Shown: positions 26,226 through 39,115 of the stretch, one piece after another
Numbering within the stretch: the first letter of the stretch is position 1
Layout: each line of letters opens with the position of its first letter
Assembly (NCBI RefSeq): GCF_004010195.1
Contig: NC_057718.1
Coordinates: forward strand, 91,473,145 to 91,537,144
DNA length: 64,000 nucleotides
Direction: 5' to 3'
From: Chiloscyllium plagiosum
Lineage: Eukaryota
Notes under the pieces: generated by a model
What the model was told of the DNA's origin: nothing
Database searches by the model: none
The model's input: only the letters and a program-made list of their open reading frames with translations
Translations under genes and position numbers: made by a program

Positions 26226-27242
26226 ACTGGAAAGTTTGGCAAGGAGCTTTTCTGATGATAAAGTACAAGTTAAAATTTGAATATGCAAGCAAGTACTTCA
26301 AATTAGTCTCAGGCTATTAACACGAGAATTGAACGTTTTCAGAAAACATTTATCAATTTTTTTCCTAAAAGTAATAGAGTAAACATCTGTATTTTATTTT
26401 CAACTGTTCACTTTTGAGTTATATTATAAATGTTATTTTTCCAATAAATCTTCACAAACTAGAATGCAGATTGCTAAATTGCAATATAATTCGATTTCAC
26501 CAAAGATTCCTGGTCTTCTCTTTATATTAACATGGTAACCAAATCACTCACTCTGTCACAATAACTCTAACAGGTATTTGGCTATTTAACAGATCATGCC
26601 TCATTTTAATCAATCACTATATTTTGCCCTTTGGACCAACAATGCTGAAAAGGTGTAACGCGTGATCAATGCAATTTGTATAGCTTGGAAAAAGAAAAAA
26701 TAAAATAAATGGGAAAGGGACAGTCCTGCAGGCTTTGTGAACGTCAATGTCAGTGTTCCGTGCTCATTACTCAGCAGATTTATCCGAACAGTATCTTTAC
26801 TGAAGTGCCTATGAAATCATTGCTTCCAGTATGTTTGTGACATGATAGAGGTCACATGACGATGAGAGATCAAGGAGGACATTCGTACCCAATTATATTT
26901 CAACCCAAACATTCACCCTTTTCACCAGGCCGTTCTCCTGGTTGATGTTTCATTTCTGGGGGTGGGGGGTGGGGTGGGGAAGGGTGGTATTGTTCCCATA
27001 TCCTTTTTGTTCTTGCTATGGTACCTATGGTTACTCCATTTCTGTTGTTGGGTAACTGTGATCTCTGAGTCTGATGGTTGATTTGCAGATTGTGCAGGTA
27101 ATCAATTCGCATCTTCCTGATCAGCTTCACCATGTGGTTGCAAAGGTATAACTGATTGTTCAATTCCACTCATTGAGTGTGTTGGAAGTTTGTACTCTGG
27201 CTTTCAAACGACAAATTCCTTGTCCGATTTGTTAGATAGTTA

Positions 27243-27570
27243 AGAATCATAGAATCCCTGCAGTGTGGAAGAAAACTGTTCAGCCTATTGAGCCCACACC
27301 AATCCTCTGAAGAGCATCCCACCTAGACCCATCCCTCCCACTCTGCATTTCCCAGGACTAATCCATATAGTTCATACATCCTTGGACACTACGGGGCAAT
27401 TTAGCAAAACCAATCCACATAACCTGCACATTGCTGGTCTATGGGAGCCATGCAGATATGGGGAGAATGTGCAACTCCATGCAGACACCCTTGCCCAAGT
27501 GTGGAATTGAAATTCAGGTCCCTTGCTCTGAGGCAGCAGTGCTAACCACTGAGCCACCATGCCGCCCCAC
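27243..27570 (-). mobile_element. HE1-like tRNA-derived SINE
   Basis: Minus strand ggcggcatggtggctcagtggttagcactgctgcctc (A box) with a CR1-type tail. Confidence 0.85.
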
Positions 27571-28431
27571 TTAATGAATATGGCACTCAAATGTTGAACT
27601 GTTATCATTGCACAGCTTTTGCATGTTAGAGCTGCATCACTGCTAAAGCTCTTAACATTTTGGGATCCAGGCAAGGAACTTCTGCAGTCAGTACAGTGCT
27701 TATGTTCTTGACTTCAGGCATTTCTAGTTGCAACTTATATTGTTCAGCTTCAGATTGATCTGGCAAGCTTTGCATAGAAATTATGATAGATTTCAACAAT
27801 GGTCAGCAACGGCTTCTGTCATGTGTTTCTGCTTCCAACCACTGAAGCTTCCATTCTGAGAAGATCACTAATTAGCTCATGGTGTCTGTGTTGTTATTCC
27901 TCTGGAGCTATGAATATGGCAAATGACAAGCATAACCATCTGCAACTCTCAAAGTCTGTCCAGAATGTAGTTAGAAAGTTACTGCTTTCTCCAACTCTAC
28001 TTGTTAATAATTATTTTTCGCACCAATGTAGTGAAGATTTTTCCAGTGCAAGTTGTGGAAAATTCCTTAGAAGGTTGGCTTGAGAGTAATACGACCGCTT
28101 CAGAGTTTTGGTTTGATGCATACTCTCAGCTTACCAGGTTGTTTCACTGCTATCATGCTACTAATCCACGCTGTAGTAGTTATCACTTTCCTGATTACTT
28201 CCCTTCTTTTCTGGATCTTCTGTTTTGTCTTTGAGCCTGGCTTTTTGGGGCAGCTGGAACTTTCCTTGGTGAATACTGAACTGATTTTACACTCTGTCTG
28301 CTTCAAGATGATTGTCTTTTGTCTATCTCAACTCGTTAAACACAGACTTGCAGCCAGAGTCATACAGCACAGAGAAAGACCCTTTGGTCTAACTTGTCTG
28401 CACCGACCTGACATCCCAATCTGACCTAGAT

Positions 28432-28651
28432 AATAACCGAAAGAACTGCAGGCAAATCAGAAGCAGAAATTGCTGGGTAAGCTCAGCACGTCTGGCAGCA
28501 TCTGTGGAGAGAAATCAGAGTTAATGTTTCAGGTCCAGTGACCCTTCCTCAAAACTAGAAGGGTCACTCGACCCAAAACATTAACTCTAATTGCTCTCCG
28601 CAGATTCTGCCAGACCTGTTGAGCTTGTCCAGCAGTTACTGTTCTTGTTTC
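28432..28651. mobile_element. PLE-derived palindromic unit, family B
   Basis: Inverted arms ...ctcagcacgtctggcagcatctgtggagagaaatcagagttaatg / cattaactctaattgctctccgcagattctgccagacctgttgag; flanked by ccaatctgacctag / ccagtctgacctgg. Confidence 0.8.
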
Positions 28652-29283
28652 CAGTCTGACCTGGTCCCATTTGTCAGCATTGCCGCATATCCCTCTAAAC
28701 CCTCCCTATTCATGTACCCATCCAGATTCCTTTTAAAATATTGTAATTGGACCTGCATCCACCAATTCCTCGAGCAGCTCATTCCATGCACGGACCACTC
28801 TCAGCATGAAAAAGCTACTGCTCAGGTCTTTTTAAAATCTTTCCCCTTTCACCTTAAACTTATACCCTCTAGTTTCGGACTCCACCACTCCGAGAAAAAG
28901 ACCTTGGCATTCTATCCATGCCCTGCAAGATTTAATAAATCTCTCTAAGATGTCCCAGTAACACTCCAGTCGCAGCAACATCCTTGTAAATCTTTTCTAC
29001 ACCCTCTCAAGTTTAACAATATCCTTCATATAAAGGGTGACCAAAATTGTTCGCAGTGTGCGAAAAGTGGCCATGCCAATATCTTGTGCAGCTGCAACAT
29101 AACATCCTAGCTTCTATAGTCAATGTTGTGACCAATGAAGGCAAGCCTATCAAACGCCTTCTTCATCATCATATCGACCTGCAACTCCACTTTCAAGTAA
29201 CTATGCACCTGCACCCCAGGTCTTTGTTCAGGGCTCTTACATTACTGTATAAGTCCTGCCCTCGTTAGTTTTAGCAAAATGCA

Positions 29284-29410
29284 TTCCTGATGAAGGGTTT
29301 ATGCCCGAAATGTTGATCCTATTGCTCCTCAGATGCTGCCTGACCTGCTGTGCTTTTCCAGCACCACAATCTCATTTCTGATCACCAGCATCCACAGTCC
29401 TCATTCTCGC
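29284..29410 (+). mobile_element. PLE family-A single arm starting at a hammerhead core
   Basis: CTGATGA-agggtttatgccc-GAAA-tgtt at 29287-29314; direct repeat caaaatgca at 29275-29283 and 29411-29419. Confidence 0.8.
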
Positions 29411-30404
29411 CAAAATGCAATACCTCACATTAATGTAAACTAAATCCCATATACCACTTCTCAGCTCACCTGATCAAGGTCTTGTCGTACCCGGAGATAA
29501 TCTTCTTCACAATCTGCTACATCATCTATTTTGTGTCATCTTACTAAGTCAAATTTACTAACCATACCTCTTATATGCACATCCAAATCATTTATATAAA
29601 TGACAAATCACAGTGGACCCAGCACCGATCGTTGGAGCACACAGCTGGTCAGATGTTTCCAGTCAAAAAGCAACCCTTACCACCACCCTCTATCTCTTAC
29701 CTTCAAACCAATTTTCTAAAAATAAGATCCTATGTGATCTGACCTTACTAACCAGTCTACCATGCAAACCCTTGCCAAATGCTTTGTTGAAATCATAGAC
29801 AATGTCTACCACTCTGCCTTCATCAATCTTCTTTGTCAGCTCTTCAAAAACCTCAAGCAAGTTCATGAAACATAACTTTCCAAGCATGAAGCGAGCTGCC
29901 TATTCATAATGAGTCTTTGCCTTTCCAAATGCATGTAAAGTTCTGTCCCTCAGAATGCCCTCCAACAACTTCCCCATTCTGTAGCCAATGGTTTAGTGTG
30001 CTGCAACATACTGCAATGTTTGCTGGCACATTGAGCATTACCAATTCAACCTTTAAGCTGTGGCTGATACAAGTGTTTTTTTTTCTTGCTATCTAAAATC
30101 TGGAATTCCAGATCTTTGTTCATGTTACTATAGTGGGCTTGATAGTGTTCTCTTGATATGAGTGTGCTACCATACTTTCAAGGCCTTCACTTTTGGATTG
30201 CCATGCTGAGGCACTTTACACAAATTTGTGAAGGTCAAGGTGTTGTCTGACGCACTAGTACCTATCTTTTACTACATGCTGACATGATGTTCTCCTTCTG
30301 CAGTCCTCATTCCAAAAGTCACAAACCATTTATCACCTTGTGGCCTTATTGAACCAACCTGTTGTATGGTATAGAGTGATTGATTAATCAGAATGTACTT
30401 ATTT

Positions 30405-30603
30405 AAACATAAAATATTGTGGATGCGAGAAATTTTAAACAAACAGAAAATTCTGAAGAAACATAGCAGGTCTGGCAGCATCTGTGGACAGAGAAACAGA
30501 ATTCTGAAGAACAGTCACATTAAACTTGAAACGTTAACTCTGTTTCTCTGTCCACAGATGCTGCCAGATCTGCTGAGGTTCAACAGCATTTTCTGGGTTT
30601 GTA
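30405..30603. mobile_element. PLE-derived palindromic unit, family-B-like
   Basis: cagcatctgtggacagagaaacaga / tctgtttctctgtccacagatgctg inverted arms; central ctgaagaacagtcacattaaacttgaaacgtta. Confidence 0.75.
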
Positions 30604-31429
30604 TCTGTACTAACTTGTTGTGCTTCCTTCTAGCCATACACATGCATGCAAAATGATTCAGATTCCTGTATTAAAAACATTGCACTCCTTTTTGCACAAT
30701 GTCCTCTGCAGTAATTGCATTCTGCCCTTCGTCTGTGATTGCTCTGTGGGCCTGGAGTAGTATCAAAATCGTAGAAGACCTGCTCAATCCTGTCAGGAAT
30801 TTGCTCTCCCTGCTGATTTACAACCTCAGCATTCCTGTCCATCAATTGATTTCTTGATAATAGATTTATCTTAATTAGATTGCTTTTTAGTTGTCTAAAT
30901 TTTCAAAAATCACATATTGAACAAAGGACTCTTTTTCACCTTGGTACCCAATAATGATCAGCCATATAACGGCCAAAAGGTGGAATGGCAAGCTCTCAAA
31001 ATGGGAGAATGAATCATATTGCAGCTTGGAAATAATAGCAGGCTGCAATGAAAAAGTAATTCAAATGGAGGATGTCTCTTTTGAACTTTCTAAAAGTTGG
31101 AATTCAAAAAATAGCTTTTTCAGCCAGACCACCATTGTGAAGGAATGGAGAGGAGCAGGGAACCCCTCGACAAAGTCAGGCTGTGACTGCTACTGCCCAA
31201 GCAGAGAGAGCTTTTAAACCTGCATGGAGCAAACTCTTGGTCACTCCCAACAATCTCCTCAACCCAGGCTGCCATTATGGCTCCCGCTAACCTGCTAGAA
31301 ATCCCAGTTGGTCTTTGCAATTGGTTAAATTAGCTGCCTACAGGACCCTCATCCCACTTCTGAGAAAATGGCCTGGAGACAAGCTAGAGGAGAGGAAAAG
31401 AGAATGTAGTTGACAATTCCAATTTTCAG

Positions 31430-31641
31430 GAGAAAGTGAGGACTGCAGGTGCTGGAGATCAGAGCTGAAAATGTGTTGCTGGAAAAGTGCAGCAGGTCAG
31501 GCTGCATCCAGGGAGCAGGAGAATCGACGTTTCGGGCATGAGCCCTTCTTCAGGAATGAGGAAAGGGTGCCAAGCAGCTAAGATAAAAGGTAGGGAGGAG
31601 AGACTTGGGGGAGGGGCGTTAGAATTGCGATAGGTGGAAGG
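31430..31641 (-). mobile_element. Penelope-like element 3' end (family A) running into the assembly gap
   Basis: Same terminus ggagaaagtgaggactgcag as the family-A palindromes, extending further into internal sequence. Confidence 0.8.
31522..31557 (-). ncRNA. Minimal hammerhead ribozyme motif (PLE type)
   Basis: Minus strand attc CTGAAGA a GGGC tcat GCCC GAAA c GTC gatt: intact core, perfect 4-bp stem II, palindromic ACGT stem III, GUC cleavage triplet. Confidence 0.75.
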
Positions 31642-32141
31642 NNNNNNNNNNNNNNNNNNNNNNNNNNNNNNNNNNNNNNNNNNNNNNNNNNNNNNNNNNN
31701 NNNNNNNNNNNNNNNNNNNNNNNNNNNNNNNNNNNNNNNNNNNNNNNNNNNNNNNNNNNNNNNNNNNNNNNNNNNNNNNNNNNNNNNNNNNNNNNNNNNN
31801 NNNNNNNNNNNNNNNNNNNNNNNNNNNNNNNNNNNNNNNNNNNNNNNNNNNNNNNNNNNNNNNNNNNNNNNNNNNNNNNNNNNNNNNNNNNNNNNNNNNN
31901 NNNNNNNNNNNNNNNNNNNNNNNNNNNNNNNNNNNNNNNNNNNNNNNNNNNNNNNNNNNNNNNNNNNNNNNNNNNNNNNNNNNNNNNNNNNNNNNNNNNN
32001 NNNNNNNNNNNNNNNNNNNNNNNNNNNNNNNNNNNNNNNNNNNNNNNNNNNNNNNNNNNNNNNNNNNNNNNNNNNNNNNNNNNNNNNNNNNNNNNNNNNN
32101 NNNNNNNNNNNNNNNNNNNNNNNNNNNNNNNNNNNNNNNNN
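31642..32141. other. Assembly gap (500 N)
   Basis: Run of N. Confidence 1.
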
Positions 32142-32614
32142 TTACATTGGCAGAATTGGTAATGAACAAAAGTTTAATAAATGTAATCAGTTGCACAACT
32201 CAGAATGCATTTAATAGTTCAGCAGTCTTTGTTCATAGATGAATAGTTGACATTATCCTAGCTTGATACCAAAATTACATTCTGGCTTAATCTAGCAATT
32301 AATTAAGTTGTATCATTCAATTTGCTTTTTTGCTAAAACTTACTAAAATATTTTTTATTATGATAGAAATGATTTTTCAATAAGTGGGGCATTCATGGCT
32401 TGCTCCAGTCTGGGTATCATTCCTTCCCACTATGCTGTTAATGGGTCAATTGGAGTAGCAAAAATTACACTGATGCTATCTTTTTTGTCAATACCCCATG
32501 GACTTAGTAGGTAGAAGATCAATCAGGCAAGAATAGTCTATTCACTTGTAGTCCATTCACTTGTAACCAGTCCATTCACTTGTAACCAGTGCCCCATACA
32601 GAGGTAATGTCAAC

Positions 32615-33800
32615 AGTACAAGTACCAGGCAATGACCATTTCCAACAAGACAGAATCTAGTCTTTGCTCCCTGACATTCAATGGTGTTACCATTGCTGAA
32701 ACCCCACTGTCAACATCCCAGGGGTTAGCAATGACTATAAACTGAACTATTCATTTAAGTATTGTGGACACAAATGGGTCAGAAATTAAGAATCCTGCAG
32801 CGAGGAACTCATCTACTGAGTCCCCAAAACATGTCTACTACCTCAAGGTACAAATCTGGAGTGCAATGGAATACAGATGAACCTCGATTATCCAAAGGAC
32901 ACAGGCGGGGAGTATTTCATTCGGTTAATCGAAGTCTGGATAATTGAATTCTGGATAACATGGTTTAGCCAAGCATCGGGACTTTGCGATCTTGCCGGAT
33001 AATCCGATATTTGGAAAATTGAATGCTGTATAATCGAGGTTTCTCTGTACTGTCCAATTGCCTGGATGAGTGCAGTTTCAATAACATTCCAAGAAACTTG
33101 ACATCATTCACGATCAAACAGCATGCTTGATTGGCACCATAACCATGGGCATTCACTCCCTCTACCACTGACATAGAGTAGCAGATGAAGTGCAGAAATT
33201 CACCAAGGTTCCTTTGACAGTGTCTTCCAAACCCACAACCATCTAGAAGGACAAGGGCTGCACCTACCAATCACCACCCTGATTTGGAAAAATATTACTG
33301 CTCCTTTAGTTTTTTTTTTATAGAAACCCCAGTGTGGAAACAGCTCATTCGGCCCAACAGGTCCACATTGACCCTCTGAAGAGCAGCTCACCCAGAGTCA
33401 TCCCTGTACTCTATATCTGCACTGCCCATGGCTAACGCATCTAACTTACACACCTGGACACCATGGACAATTTAGCATGTCCAATCCATCTAACTTGCAC
33501 ATTTTTGGACTGTGGGAGGAAACCCAGAAAAAGCTCATGCAGACATGGGGAGAATGTACAAACTCCACACAGACAGTCGCCCAAGGGTAGAATTGAATCT
33601 GGATCCCCGGTGCTGTGAGACATCAGTACTAACCACAGAGCTACAGTGCTGCCCATATTATTGGGTCAACTTCCAAGAGTTCCCTTGCTAACACCATTAT
33701 GAATGTACATACACCAAATAAACTGAAGTGGCACAAGATGAAACCACGATGGGATGGGCAGTAAACATTGGTCCAATCAGCCAAGCTAACATCCGAGGAG
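32615..33800 (+). mobile_element. CR1 (second lineage) 3' part, interrupted by a MITE and an HE1-like SINE (33320-33654, -)
   Basis: gtaccaggcaatgaccatttccaacaag...; tail gggatgggcagtaaacattggtcc. Confidence 0.7.
32874..33047. mobile_element. Tc1/mariner-pogo (Tigger-like) MITE
   Basis: TA|cagatgaacctcgattatcc ... gtataatcgaggtttctctg|TA: terminal inverted repeats and TA duplication, inserted inside a CR1. Confidence 0.85.
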
Positions 33801-33935
33801 TGAATAAATAAAACCCAGCAGCAACAAGGAATTCTGTTGCGATTTAGTGAACAAATTAAACCCATAAAAAGTCTTGATGATTACTCAAATGATTTGCATC
33901 ATTTTTAAGAAAACGGAATACATTGCCCACAAATA

Positions 33936-35832
33936 CCATATATACTCATGTAGAAGTTGAGCTTTTTAGACCACTTAAGGTTAGATTTATGGTGTCTACA
34001 ATTACATGGATACTACTTTTGAGCAGCTGAAATTCATGCTCAGTCCAATTGATCTCTAAATGAATAAAACACAACAAATTATGCTAATTATTGGACAAAA
34101 ACAATAGAAACAAAAATGAGTTAGTAAGCTTTTATTTATAGATGCAAAAAGTGAAGTAGAAATATTACATGGCTTTAAATCACAATAACATGTTACATCT
34201 TAAATTAAACCTGTCAAACACAAAAGTTCATTAAATCCTGCAAAATCACATTGTTCAATATCTTCAGCATTGAATAAAGCTTCATAATCATCAGGATGAA
34301 TGATATCATCGCATGGATCCTCTTCATCTTCACTGCCCAGTTAGTGGTAGCACATCATCCACTTCTTCTTCATCTATGTCATCGCAATGATAATTGTCCT
34401 CTGTACCGCCCAATGCATTTGAAATTCCACATTTCTTGAAGGATTTGAAAATAATGTAAGCTTTCATTTCCTTCCATGAATCAAGAAGCCATTTACAGAT
34501 CAGTGGCAGTGATGGAGCCTACATACTGCCTCATTTCATGTATATTTTTTCTCCATCACGCGTCCAGTTATTCCACTTCATTCTCATCGTGTCCTTAACT
34601 GGCTGATTGATACCAAGACTGGTTGGCTGCAAAACACTTGAGGGTCTGCGAGGATTTACAGCTACATCAGTGTGATGTGATCAGATGTTATCAATAAAAT
34701 TCTTCACTAAATGTGATTTAAACTGGTCCCAGGCGAGCAAACTCTTTTCATTGTGTAGTCCACCAGGTCATAACTTCCAAACTTCCTTTATCCATTTTCT
34801 ACATTCATCTTCATCCACCCAGCCTTGTTGACGTATCTGGACAACAATTCCTTTTGGAAATTTCTACTTTGGCAAAGTTTTTCTCTTAAAAACAGCCATC
34901 GGTTTTATCTTGGTGCCATTAGCCATACAAGAACAAAGTACACCTACTTTTCTCATAGCCAATGGTTCTCACTAATAATGTTTTTTTTCTCCTTTTTGGT
35001 TCACAGTTCGATTCTCTCGCATGTTGAGAATAATAGGCATTTCATCCATGTTCCCAATGCATGATGACTTGTAACCTCCCTTCTGCCAATTTTTGATTAC
35101 AAACTGGTGAAACTGTAATATCTCATCTTATAGTTCAGCAGGCAGCTTTTATGCAATCTTAGTTCTCTGCTGAAGTACTAAGATATGCCTTCTCATGAAC
35201 ATTGTGCACCATTCAGCACGTGCCTTAAAATCCGAAATTCCATCCTTCTTTGATTTGTTTCCTGCATGAATTCAGATGGCTTCATGACTAACACATTTTC
35301 CATTTTGACAATTTTCAAGTACCCACTCAGCAACTTTTTCCTCTAATTGTGGCCATTTATGAGGTCTACCTCAATTGGCACACCTTGGTTTGATATCTTT
35401 CTCCACCCTCCCAGAAGTTTCTCCAAAACACAAAACTCTCTTGTTGCTACACAGTTATTTGACTTCTCTGCAATATCAATAACTTTCAGTTTAGCTGCTG
35501 TATACTTTGTTTATTGGAGGGCATTTTTAAAATGATAATAAATTTCAAAACCTCAACTAGGTATATGACTGTATTCCACAAGGTTGGTTGACATCTGACA
35601 CTTTCGTGCCAAATCGGTGTGGATTGTACATCAAATCACAGAAAAACACACAAAAAAATTCCTCATCACAACATTTATGTACACGACAATATCTTAACAC
35701 TCAAATGTTGAACTGTTATCTGTGAAGAACTAGGGTCGAACCTTACACGGGATATATGTAAAATTCCAGATTATTTGGCCAAAAATAGAGGGTTGACTTT
35801 TACGAGATCAACATTTACTTGAGTATATACAG
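33936..35832 (-). mobile_element. pogo/Tigger-family DNA transposon with a decayed DDE transposase
   Basis: TIRs ccatatatactcatgtagaagttga (33936) and the reverse complement ctgtatatactcaagtaaatgttga (ends 35832); minus-strand remnant FPKGIVVQIRQQGWVDEDECRKWIKEVW...SLLAWDQFKSHL; acidic C-terminus. Confidence 0.85.
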
Positions 35833-35911
35833 TTGTTAATAGCAATTGTTTTATACATGAAAGAAATGAAATAAGTAAGATTTATTTCGTAATTTTTCTG
35901 GATAAATTTTT

Positions 35912-36458
35912 TAGATTAGATTCTCTACAGTGTGGAAACAGGCCCTTCGGCCGAACAAGTCCACACTGACCCTCCAAAGAGTAACCCACCCAGACCCATT
36001 TCTGTTTGACTAATGCACCTAACACAATGGGCAATTTAGCATGGCCAACTCACCTGACCTGCATATCTTTGGCAAAAGTGAGGACTGCAAATGCTGGAGA
36101 CCAGTGTTTAGATCAGAGTGGTGCTGGAAAAGCACAGGTCAGGCAGCATCCGAGGAGCAGCAAAATTGACGTTTTGAGCAAAAGCCCGAAAGTTTCCTGA
36201 TGAAGGACTTTAGCCCGAAACGTCAATTTTTCTGCTCCTTCGATGCTGCCTGACCTGCTGTGCTTTTCCAGCACCACTCTGATCTAAACCATGCACATCT
36301 TTGGAGTGTGGGAGGAAACTGGAGCACCCGGAGGAAATCCTCGCAGACATGGGGATAATGTGCAAACTCCACAAAGACAGTCACCCGAGGCTGGAATTGA
36401 ATATGGGTCCCTGGCGCTGGGAGGCAGCATTGTTAACTACTGAGCCACCATGCTGCCC
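35912..36458 (-). mobile_element. HE1-like SINE split by a PLE palindrome
   Basis: ttagattagattctctacagtgtggaaacaggcc tail; head ...tgagccaccatgctgccc. Confidence 0.85.
36073..36291. mobile_element. PLE family-A palindromic unit with a hammerhead core (36197-36224, +)
   Basis: CTGATGA a ggactttagccc GAAA c GTC; flanking duplication tgcatatctttgg / tgcacatctttgg. Confidence 0.85.
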
Positions 36459-36942
36459 TTGATTAATTTGCCCAACTCTGACACCATTTCTTTCTCCTGT
36501 CATTCTGATTCCTTTCTGGAAGATATTCCTTTCGCAACTGAAAGGTTGAGCTCTCAGACCTAATTCTAAGTCAGCCTTTAGGTTGGTTACTGGGGATGCG
36601 CAACTGCACAGCAGTCAAGGTCTAAGCAGAATTTTAAAACATCCAGTTTGGCAGAAAAGAGGCCTTTGACAGTATTTTCTCCGAGTTCTAAATGAAGTGC
36701 TCATGTGGCTATGACGCTAGGCAAAGCTGTCATAAAGTTAGTAAAAACCATCAAAAGTCAGTGAAGGCAGAACGTCACGAGTGCCTGGTTCTTCACTGTC
36801 CTGATTTACTCCTCCTCTTCCAGTTGCAAGACTCTTGGAACAATCCTTGTTATTTAGTTTATTGCCAATAGTCTTTCCTGAATGCGAGTGGCCTCTTGGT
36901 CATCCACTAGCTGCTCAGCTGTCCCGTTCCATCCATATTATT

Positions 36943-38408
36943 TGTTATGACCAGACCATGAGTGACGTTATTACAGTTTGAGTCAGGATACCCAAAATTG
37001 TTGGGATTTTAAGCGAGGAATAATGGACTGACTCCTCTTTCTTACATTCAACCATTCCCCTTGGTGGGTCACAAGGTTATTTTTAAAAGGAAAACTTCAC
37101 ATGTGGATGCCTTTTTTTCCCCAGACCAAATTAACGTTTTAAAAGGAGCCAATTTAACCAGGCCTTGAGTTAACAAAAGAGTGAGTTTATTAGTTACTAC
37201 ATATGTAAATAATAATACTATGCACATGCACAAATTAGAAATGAAGTATGAATCCAAAAAAGATAAAAGTTAAAAGCTATATGGGTCAGTCTCTGGATTG
37301 GTCATGCAGTGTAGAAACTGGAACATTGATAATTAAGTAGTTGATTAATTGGTGGCTTTGCAGGACAATTCAAATTCTTTTGACAGTGGCTGGCTGGCAT
37401 CATTCACATGGCAATTCCTCTTGTGCCCTATTTCCTTTTGACTGGCATGCTGGCTTTTAGCATTCAGACAAGCGAAACATCTACTTGTAATGCTGGGGTG
37501 ACTAAGTAAGCGTCTTTTGGCTTTGACCTTCACCTTCACAGCACACCAACACAAATATTCAGGGTCAAAAAATGTGGTCCTGGTTGATTACAATCTTATT
37601 GCAAAGCCTCTTTCAAGGATGCCCAACTTGAAGAAGTTTCTTTCTCCAACGCTGATACTCGGTCTAGTACACGTAAGTACTCAGTCCATAGGTGCACATC
37701 AACTGCTCAGCCCACTCATACAGCTTCCATTAGCCACAGACCCACTGGGGATCAACTGACTTCCATTCCCCATTTTTGTGTATTCTTGAAAGGGAAATAT
37801 GCCTCAACTGTTGTTTTTTCTTCTATCATAGTCACAGTCTGGGATAACTCTCAGGAGATTACAGTTCAGTTCGCAGTGCATTTCTTCCTTTTAAATTTGC
37901 ATTCGTTCATGAAATATGGACACCACTGCCAAGCCCAGAATGTAATAAAGGGCTGTTAAGAGTCACCACCTTGCTATGTATCTAGACCAAACCAGGTAAG
38001 GATGGCAGATTTCTTCCTGAAAAGAAGGAAATTAAAGAACCACATGGGTTTTTCCAACTATCAATAGTGATTGTTACATGGTTGCGTTAGGCTAGGTTTT
38101 TATTGCAGATTTTACTGGATTCAAATTTCATCATCTGCTATAGTGAGATATAAACTCTTTCACCAGAATAGGAGTCTGGGATTCTGTATAACTAATCCAG
38201 TGAGATTACCACAACATTATCATTTCTCATTTGAAACTCCCTTGAATTCTGAATCAGATGTGACTTTCCAGGGTTTCTCTATTTCCAGAGAGTCACTGAA
38301 GTTAAATCTGCAGTCACCTTTTGGCTGTCATTTCTTTCAAAAAAAGGCATTTTGTAATTAGAACGTCAATACATTCACATATACTTTGAGCTTCCTCTGT
38401 CATCACGA
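36943..38408 (-). mobile_element. Probable solo LTR with a SINE inserted at 37895-38225
   Basis: tgttatga... left end; tttatt (minus-strand AATAAA) near 37186; ...catcac right end; tRNA-SINE insert. Confidence 0.4.
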
Positions 38409-39110
38409 AAGAGTGAACTGACCGGTGGCATTCAGCTGAAACCTGGCTGCCAAAATCTGCTGGTTCTATGAAACAGACGTCCAAGACAAATCAACAAGTA
38501 ATTATATAGTGCCTGTAACAAACTAAAGCATCCCAAGGAGCTTCACAGGAGTGTTATAAGACAAATAAAAGCCCTTCTCTTCCCTCAGTAGAATCTCTGT
38601 TTGCCTTCTCCACATAAAGCCAGGTCTGAAATTGAAAATTCTGCTGTGTGGCAGATTACGCCCATGCGCTGTGGTTATGTGACACAGCACATAGTGGCTT
38701 GTTAGACTTTTAAAATTAACTTAAAGCTTGAAATGCAATGAAGCTGTGTGAAGTATCTCCTTTTGTCATGCTTGTCTTACAAAACATCAGCTGAGGAACT
38801 GCTACTTGAAAAAGGATTTTCCTCTTATCCTGCATCCCTGCTCAGGTGAAAGAGCCTAGCAATGGCAAAGTATAATCTGTTCCATTATCTTTCCAAACCA
38901 ATTAGGATCTCTGTAATTCAAATGATTTTCCACAAGAACAATTGGAACAGTGAATATGAATGCTCAATATCAATGGTACAAAATGGCACGGTACCAATAG
39001 ATATATCTGAGAAAACTTAACATTTATAAAAAGATCCTTATATGAATAGAGTCAAAAAATGCTGCTGGCGACAAATAGTACTTAACAGCTGCAGCTCTCT
39101 TCTTGCCCAG

Positions 39111-39115
39111 TCTGA
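39111..39115 (+). other. Candidate 5-nt microexon
   Basis: tacttaac...ctctcttctTGCccAG|TCTGA|GTAAGT. Confidence 0.25.

Larger units (their letters stand above)
28357..29980 (-). mobile_element. CR1 LINE RT and 3' UTR nested in the Gypsy fossil
   Basis: NLLEVFEELTKKIDEGRVVDIVYDFNKAFGK; tail gagtcatacagcacagagaaagaccctttgg. Confidence 0.88.
26900..30860 (-). mobile_element. Decayed Gypsy/Ty3 LTR retrotransposon gag-pol, interrupted by SINE, CR1 and PLE units
   Basis: In minus-strand order: zinc-knuckle-like ECNYCRGH (about 30700), protease-like region (30000-30300), RT VIRKVITTTAWISSMIAVKQPGKLRVCIKPK (28100-28200) with further RT remnants to about 27850, integrase C-terminus-like VELNNQLYLCN (about 27150). 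Confidence 0.8.

Noticed and set aside
31459..32242. Long ORFs of 245 and 202 aa
   Set aside because: Artefacts of translating through the N gap
22912..39115. Assignment of the small exons to troponin I (MSDEE-like)
   Set aside because: Exon order and sizes do not fit and no other troponin exons are visible; no gene symbol can be supported
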